The notes beneath the pieces are model-generated. The model saw nothing but the letters and a program-made list of their open reading frames with translations. It did not search any database and was not told where the DNA came from. From Candidatus Zixiibacteriota bacterium (lineage in GTDB: Bacteria; Zixibacteria; MSB-5A5; GN15; JAAZOE01), in the NCBI GenBank assembly GCA_043819555.1, contig JBDREQ010000073.1, positions 233,950-297,949 of the forward strand: 64,000 nucleotides of DNA. Direction: 5' to 3'. Made by a program: the position numbers and the translations under genes. Shown here piece by piece: positions 58,878 to 64,000 of this stretch (position 1 is the stretch's first letter; each line of letters opens with the position of its first letter).

Positions 58878-61800
58878 TTATTTACGTAATGGCGGGCCGC
58901 AAATCGAGAGCCAGGTCTGGCAATCGCAAGGCGGTGGGCCGCCCTTAAAGACAAGACTAATTATATATACCGCATCGCCGACGTTAGTCTGGCAATCGCA
59001 GTTGGCGTCTCCGCTGCAAATTCGATACGGAGTCGCCGGAGGACCGCCCTTAAATACAAGAGCGATTATATAAACCGCGTCGCCGACGTTAACAGTTCCA
59101 TCACCATTGGCATCACCCACGATACAATCACAGTCTCCGCCGCCGGTGATTATAAACGCCAAATCAAGTGATTCCTGAAATTGAGGCGGTTCATAGAGCT
59201 CGGTCCAATCAGGAACATCGCTGTTGCCTTGTCCCATAGGGATTGGTCCAGTGTCAACACCGGACATTCCACCCAGACGACCTCCCGGACAACCCTCAAA
59301 TTCGATTTGATAAGTGATATCAAAGAAACTGTCAATCATGAAATCGCCGTTGCCCATAGGCGTCACAGTTGCCGTTCCGGGGTTTGCCACACCTGTTTGA
59401 TTTTCGCCGGCCTGTATTCGGAGAACACAGAAGTCAGGATCGCCGAATAATTCACCCGTCAGACTAACCAGTGACATTTCGACAATCTCGGTCGGGACGC
59501 ACGGATCAGGTGGATAACAGGGATCAGGTGGAGTCCGCGGGCCGGTATGAATCTCCAATTGCACCGGAATCCTTATCTCACGGTTAAACCCTTCCATAGC
59601 TCCGGTGCCGATAAGGACCATGCCCATCTCAGCCTGGCACGTCATGATTTCACCTTCAAGGCTTCCGCCCACTTCGTAAAACACATCGAAGAAAGAATCA
59701 ATCCAGAAATGTCCATCGATCGAAGATTGCGGGGGCAATCCTTCAGTGATAGTAATCGTTTCGTCATTAGGCGGACTAAACGGTGAAAGAGTCGGTAATT
59801 CAGTCGTTGGCGTCAGAATAGGCGGTACATCATCGTGGCCCCAGACAGCATCATCATTCCAGTGATTTTTCGATGATTTCCATCCCCATCTTCCGGGACT
59901 GGTTGGGTTCTCAACCACCGCCGAAATATTCAGCCAGTAAATTGTGCCTTCTTCCTGCATAAACCACAGCTTTTCAGGAATATTGACATCATACTGGAAG
60001 TATTCCTGATGGTTATCGGGTGAAACAATTCCGCCCATTGGATCATAATATCCTTCCAGAGTGGCAGGAATTATACTGGTCGCCTTAAATATATTTGTCC
60101 GATATTCCCATAGCAATTCGCCGGGGCGACTATAAAATTCCTGCGTGGGGTCAGCCGGTATATCTTTATGGATACTAAAGATAAAGCCAAGGATCTTGCC
60201 TTCTTCTCCATCAAGCCACGAACCCCAGAAATGGAGGTCTTTAACCGGACCGGATTCGATACATCTCCAGTCATCAGCCAAAGTTACCGGCCAGGACGCG
60301 TTAACATCCCAACCTGCTTCATCCGGGAATTGCGGATTGAGCATCTTTATATCAGTACCCGGTTCAGGATCCCATGGATCTTCACAAAGATCATCAGTCC
60401 CGTCACCGTCATTATCGCCGAGACAGAAAGTCCCGTCACCCATATAAGTACCCAATTGAGCGTTACAATCGCTCGGGGTCATATTATCAACACAGGTATT
60501 ATCCGGTAAGCAACAGGCGCCCGTAGGCTGCGTCGACGTTTCACAGGCATCGTCAGTTCCATTTTGATTTCCGTCGCCCTGACAGGTCGTCGCGCCCCAT
60601 GGTGAAGGCGTTCCACCCATATCATCACAACACAGAGGGTCGACAGTCACGCATGTATTATCAGGCAAACAACAAGCGATTGTAGTGGCCGAACAACTCG
60701 TTCCTGTGCCCTGCGGTGTACCACCCTGAGTTATACAATCACTGGGCAAAGCCATAACACAACTGCCATCATCTAAACAGCACGCTTCATCTACTTCAGG
60801 ATCGCAGATTCCTGGATCAGAACAGGTAGTTCCCGTGCCTTGCGGGGTTCCGCTGGCAGCAAGACAGCAAGCCGGATCAAGCATCACACAGCCACCGTCA
60901 GGCATACAACAAGCCTGAGTCGCTCCGGTCGGATCGCATTGCGTTCCCGAACCCTGGGGATTACCACCTTGCTCGAGACAGCAAAGCGGATCCAGTGTTA
61001 GACAACTGCCGTCATCGAAACAGCATGCTTCCGGAGCGGTACAAACCACATCCGGTCCCTGCGGTGTTCCACCCTGAGCAATACATTCGCTCGGGAGTAA
61101 ATCGGTACAAGTACCATCCTCCAGACAACACGCTTCATCTACTTCCTCTACGGGGCAAATAACTAAAGCATATTCTATAATTGTATGAACAGGAAATCCA
61201 GATTGCGGAGGAATCGGATCTATAGTCGGATCAGATAAATTCTGAGCGTAGAATGTTCCCGCATTTGCGGCGCTGATTGGATAATTAACCAGTTCGCAAT
61301 CAAAGAATGGCGGATTTATCTGATTACAGGCAGCCCGTATAACTTGATATCGGTCGTGATGAATTGACCCATGCAATCCTGACACATTTTTTGCGTCATT
61401 GTGGATCATACTGCCATGTGGCGCCGGAGGGCCACCTTCATTAGCATCAAAATAAGGATCAGATATGCACAGCGCGGAATCTACCAGATCAATACATGTT
61501 CCCGCAACCGTTACATAATGTCCGCCAATTCGCTCACAGAAGCCTAAATCAAATTCCTGCCAGAATCCTAATAACAGAATCACATCCTGGCTTATTAATA
61601 CCTGTTCGCGAATAAATTCAAATCCATTAGGCCCCGGTTCGATCGGAACCAGAGTTACCGTATAGTTATCCAGAAGCCCGGCTTTTTGCAGCCATAGTTT
61701 GGCTCCTTGAGCCAAATCAAAAACATTCGTACCGCCTGTGCCACCCGGATTGGTATTGCAGTAGGCTGGCAATGCCAATGAATCAACAAATGGCTGTACA

Positions 61801-63746
61801 TTATTGGCGGAATGATCATCCCAGGCTGAATTATAGGCTGTGACTAATGGATAATTATCACATATAGTCGGTGGAGGCGTCGTGCAGGTTTCAAATTTAC
61901 TGTCAAACCACCAGATACAATTCGCCAATGCCACCGGGCCGCAATGCGACCATAAGCCTTGAACATTAGTCCAATTAGACTGCTTCTGATCAAAATCAGG
62001 TACTCCGGCTGGCGCATAATCAATGTATGGCGGCTTATAATACGTACAAGTATCATCCGCCAGGCAAGCCTCATCTATACCATCGCCGTCGGCGTCGCAG
62101 ACTGTTCCAGCGCCCTGAGGATCGCCACCAGCGTTAATACAGCATAAGGCATCCCAGTCTTCGCATGAACCATCCGGCAAACAGCAAGCTTCGATACTGC
62201 CCGCGCACTGAATTCCTGCGCCCTGCGGAGTTCCGCCCTGATCAATACAGCACAGCGGATCCACCATGACACAACTACCGTCAGGCAAACAACAAGCTTC
62301 TGGTGCCGAACATGAAGCGCCGGCATGAGCCGTTCCTCCCTTGTCAGCACAACATAGAGGATCAATCATAGCACAACTGCCATCCGGCAAACAGCAAGCA
62401 ATTGCACCAGTACAAGACGATCCCGTACCCTGAGGCGAACCACCTTGACTGGCACAAATCGCAGGATCTTCCATGGTACAACTGCCATCGGGCCAGCAAC
62501 AGGCCTCCTGGGTAGGAATATCACCCCGGTTGGTGATAACAAAGGCCTGATCCATCGACACTACGCATGAGTGGCTTATAGATGAAGCGCCTTGTAAAAC
62601 TTGAATATTTTCACCCTGAATATCGATCGACACCCATTCAGGATTATAGTCAGGGATAACATAATCGAAAGAAAAATGTCCTTCGAGATCTGATCCTTCT
62701 AGTAAAGTTTCTCGCCCAATAAATTGTTGTTCATCAACTCCCGGCAGCGGCGGGATGCGAGGCTGTCCGGGCGGATTTCCCTCAAGCGACCACAAATCAG
62801 TTGACCAGTTTACCGCAAAGTTTATAAAGTTCGGCAATCCTGGTTCGAGTACCATAAGATCAACGTCAATGTGAATTATCTTAAATCGTTCGTAATCTAA
62901 AGGATGATCGTAGAACCAGATATTCCACCATTGTGACTCCGGATAATAATACCATGGCCCACCGCCAGTCGGATCCATATATGCGTCCGTACCGCCGCCG
63001 CCGCCAAAAGGACCGCCAGTCAACAGGGTTATCCAAAACTGATTAGTTATCGTTTCATGAGGCTCTAAGATTTCTTGCCAATTCAAATCGCCCCAAACGG
63101 CCCAGACGCAGTCATCATTCCAGTGATCCTGAGTCGATTTCCAACCCCATTGAGTATTTACAGGATTTTCAACAATGGCGGAAATATTCAACCAGTATAC
63201 TCTTCCGGCCTCCTGAGTTGGCGCCATGGCATCATCAAGACAGATATTGTACTGGAAATACGGGGTATGATCGTTATAGATGATTTCTCCACTGCCTGGA
63301 TCGTACCAGCCTTCTCGAGATGGGGGGTCAATCGGTACAATATCAAATCCCTCAACTGTCATTTCCCAAAGCGTAAGCCCGGGACGACTATAAGGATTGT
63401 CTGGACTAACCGGAATATCATCATGAAGACTTAGGACGAAGGCCACAACCTGACCCTCAACACCATTTCTCCAGGCGCCCCAAAAATGAATATCCTTAAT
63501 TAAGCCGGATTCCGTACATAGAAAATCATCGGCTATAATCAGCGGTTGGGTCGCGTTTACCGCCCAACCGGTTTCGTCCGGCAATTGGGGGTGATGCATT
63601 TTATATGGATCACCAACCGCCCAATTGCAGGCAAACTGAGCTTCCTGGCCTTTTGTATCAGCGCCTGCTTCCTGCCATGCCCCGGAATATAAAAATGACA
63701 TAACAAGGAAAAGCGTGATAACAAAAGCCCCATACCTTTTGTTCAT
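58878..63746 (-). CDS. 1622-aa secreted multidomain protein: two homologous domains, 10 Cys-rich repeats, a papain/C39-like domain and a C-terminal dockerin-like pair
   Basis: Signal peptide and aaggag RBS; duplicated KM..PQ.PDE.GW.VNA...ADD..C...FWG.W domain; ACC..DG.C repeats; Q...HCGPVALAN / GHYVTVAG / ISDP; GDANGDGTVNVGDAVYII..VFKGGP-type pair. Confidence 0.85.
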   Translation of the reverse strand: MNKRYGAFVITLFLVMSFLYSGAWQEAGADTKGQEAQFACNWAVGDPYKMHHPQLPDETGWAVNATQPLIIADDFLCTESGLIKDIHFWGAWRNGVEGQVVAFVLSLHDDIPVSPDNPYSRPGLTLWEMTVEGFDIVPIDPPSREGWYDPGSGEIIYNDHTPYFQYNICLDDAMAPTQEAGRVYWLNISAIVENPVNTQWGWKSTQDHWNDDCVWAVWGDLNWQEILEPHETITNQFWITLLTGGPFGGGGGTDAYMDPTGGGPWYYYPESQWWNIWFYDHPLDYERFKIIHIDVDLMVLEPGLPNFINFAVNWSTDLWSLEGNPPGQPRIPPLPGVDEQQFIGRETLLEGSDLEGHFSFDYVIPDYNPEWVSIDIQGENIQVLQGASSISHSCVVSMDQAFVITNRGDIPTQEACCWPDGSCTMEDPAICASQGGSPQGTGSSCTGAIACCLPDGSCAMIDPLCCADKGGTAHAGASCSAPEACCLPDGSCVMVDPLCCIDQGGTPQGAGIQCAGSIEACCLPDGSCEDWDALCCINAGGDPQGAGTVCDADGDGIDEACLADDTCTYYKPPYIDYAPAGVPDFDQKQSNWTNVQGLWSHCGPVALANCIWWFDSKFETCTTPPPTICDNYPLVTAYNSAWDDHSANNVQPFVDSLALPAYCNTNPGGTGGTNVFDLAQGAKLWLQKAGLLDNYTVTLVPIEPGPNGFEFIREQVLISQDVILLLGFWQEFDLGFCERIGGHYVTVAGTCIDLVDSALCISDPYFDANEGGPPAPHGSMIHNDAKNVSGLHGSIHHDRYQVIRAACNQINPPFFDCELVNYPISAANAGTFYAQNLSDPTIDPIPPQSGFPVHTIIEYALVICPVEEVDEACCLEDGTCTDLLPSECIAQGGTPQGPDVVCTAPEACCFDDGSCLTLDPLCCLEQGGNPQGSGTQCDPTGATQACCMPDGGCVMLDPACCLAASGTPQGTGTTCSDPGICDPEVDEACCLDDGSCVMALPSDCITQGGTPQGTGTSCSATTIACCLPDNTCVTVDPLCCDDMGGTPSPWGATTCQGDGNQNGTDDACETSTQPTGACCLPDNTCVDNMTPSDCNAQLGTYMGDGTFCLGDNDGDGTDDLCEDPWDPEPGTDIKMLNPQFPDEAGWDVNASWPVTLADDWRCIESGPVKDLHFWGSWLDGEEGKILGFIFSIHKDIPADPTQEFYSRPGELLWEYRTNIFKATSIIPATLEGYYDPMGGIVSPDNHQEYFQYDVNIPEKLWFMQEEGTIYWLNISAVVENPTSPGRWGWKSSKNHWNDDAVWGHDDVPPILTPTTELPTLSPFSPPNDETITITEGLPPQSSIDGHFWIDSFFDVFYEVGGSLEGEIMTCQAEMGMVLIGTGAMEGFNREIRIPVQLEIHTGPRTPPDPCYPPDPCVPTEIVEMSLVSLTGELFGDPDFCVLRIQAGENQTGVANPGTATVTPMGNGDFMIDSFFDITYQIEFEGCPGGRLGGMSGVDTGPIPMGQGNSDVPDWTELYEPPQFQESLDLAFIITGGGDCDCIVGDANGDGTVNVGDAVYIIALVFKGGPPATPYRICSGDANCDCQTNVGDAVYIISLVFKGGPPPCDCQTWLSICGPPLRK
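60380..61137 (-). repeat. Six tandem ~35-50 aa Cys-rich coding repeats
   Basis: ACC(L/F/M).D(G/N).C......(x)C....G.PQG.G..C units read directly in the translation. Confidence 0.85.
62060..62508 (-). repeat. Four tandem ~35 aa Cys-rich coding repeats
   Basis: ACC(W/L)PDGSC...DP..C...GG.PQG.G..C units. Confidence 0.85.
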
Positions 63747-63906
63747 GGCTCACTCCTTTGCGAACATTCACATAAATGAAATGTATTTTTATTGTCAAGT
63801 TTTGCAGCCAACGGGATATTGTAAAAATAGTTAACGTACCTGCAAAACCCCCCGCAAGCAGTACTTCTATGACTGCGGACAAATATGTACGAAATGACTC
63901 ATCGGA

Positions 63907-63935
63907 AATATATCCACAACTCCCAAATGTGTCAA
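63907..63935 (-). promoter_or_regulatory. Sigma70-type promoter for the 1622-aa gene
   Basis: TTGACA-17nt-TATATT on the minus strand, about 160 nt upstream of the ATG. Confidence 0.6.
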
Positions 63936-64000
63936 GGATTATTTTACCTCTTTTTTATTGAGCCACAATGAAATAGGCATTTTGGGGGATGTGTAATTAT

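Noticed and set aside
60380..62508. CRISPR array or DGR template/variable repeats
   Set aside because: The repeats are in-frame, degenerate coding units. There are no identical direct repeats with spacers, no cas or reverse transcriptase gene, and no adenine-specific mismatch pattern was noticed.

Overview
Bacterial chromosomal window, most likely from a Zixibacteria-like organism. This is inferred only from three secreted proteins ending in a Cys-flanked 'GDAN.DG.VN(V/I).DAV..I..(I/V)F(K/R)GGP.P' dockerin-like pair. Left part (about 1-24.3 kb, almost all + strand): a peptidoglycan-recycling trio (NlpC/P60, Ala-Glu epimerase, amidase), a multiply disrupted dockerin-protein pseudogene, tRNA-Arg, proS, the rimP-nusA-infB-DUF503-rbfA/DHH-truB-ribF-rpsO-pnp cluster, an M16 peptidase, a deacetylase, asnS and leuS. 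At 24357-24384, where gene orientation flips, there is a 28-bp XerCD dif-like site, suggesting the replication terminus. Right part (mostly - strand): pabAB, an S11 peptidase, ABC transporters, DUF72 with an unannotated 42-aa Zn-ribbon ORF, OmpA, MscS, lipoproteins, tyrS, PBP1A, tRNA-Leu, a beta-propeller-dockerin protein, a symporter/amidohydrolase/molybdo-flavoenzyme/GGT cluster, a TonB-dependent receptor, rtcB with archease, a ferredoxin, and a 1622-aa secreted Cys-repeat protein with a papain-like catalytic triad and a dockerin. No CRISPR array, IS element, prophage or rRNA was seen. All calls rest on motif recognition by eye; no database searches or computations were run.
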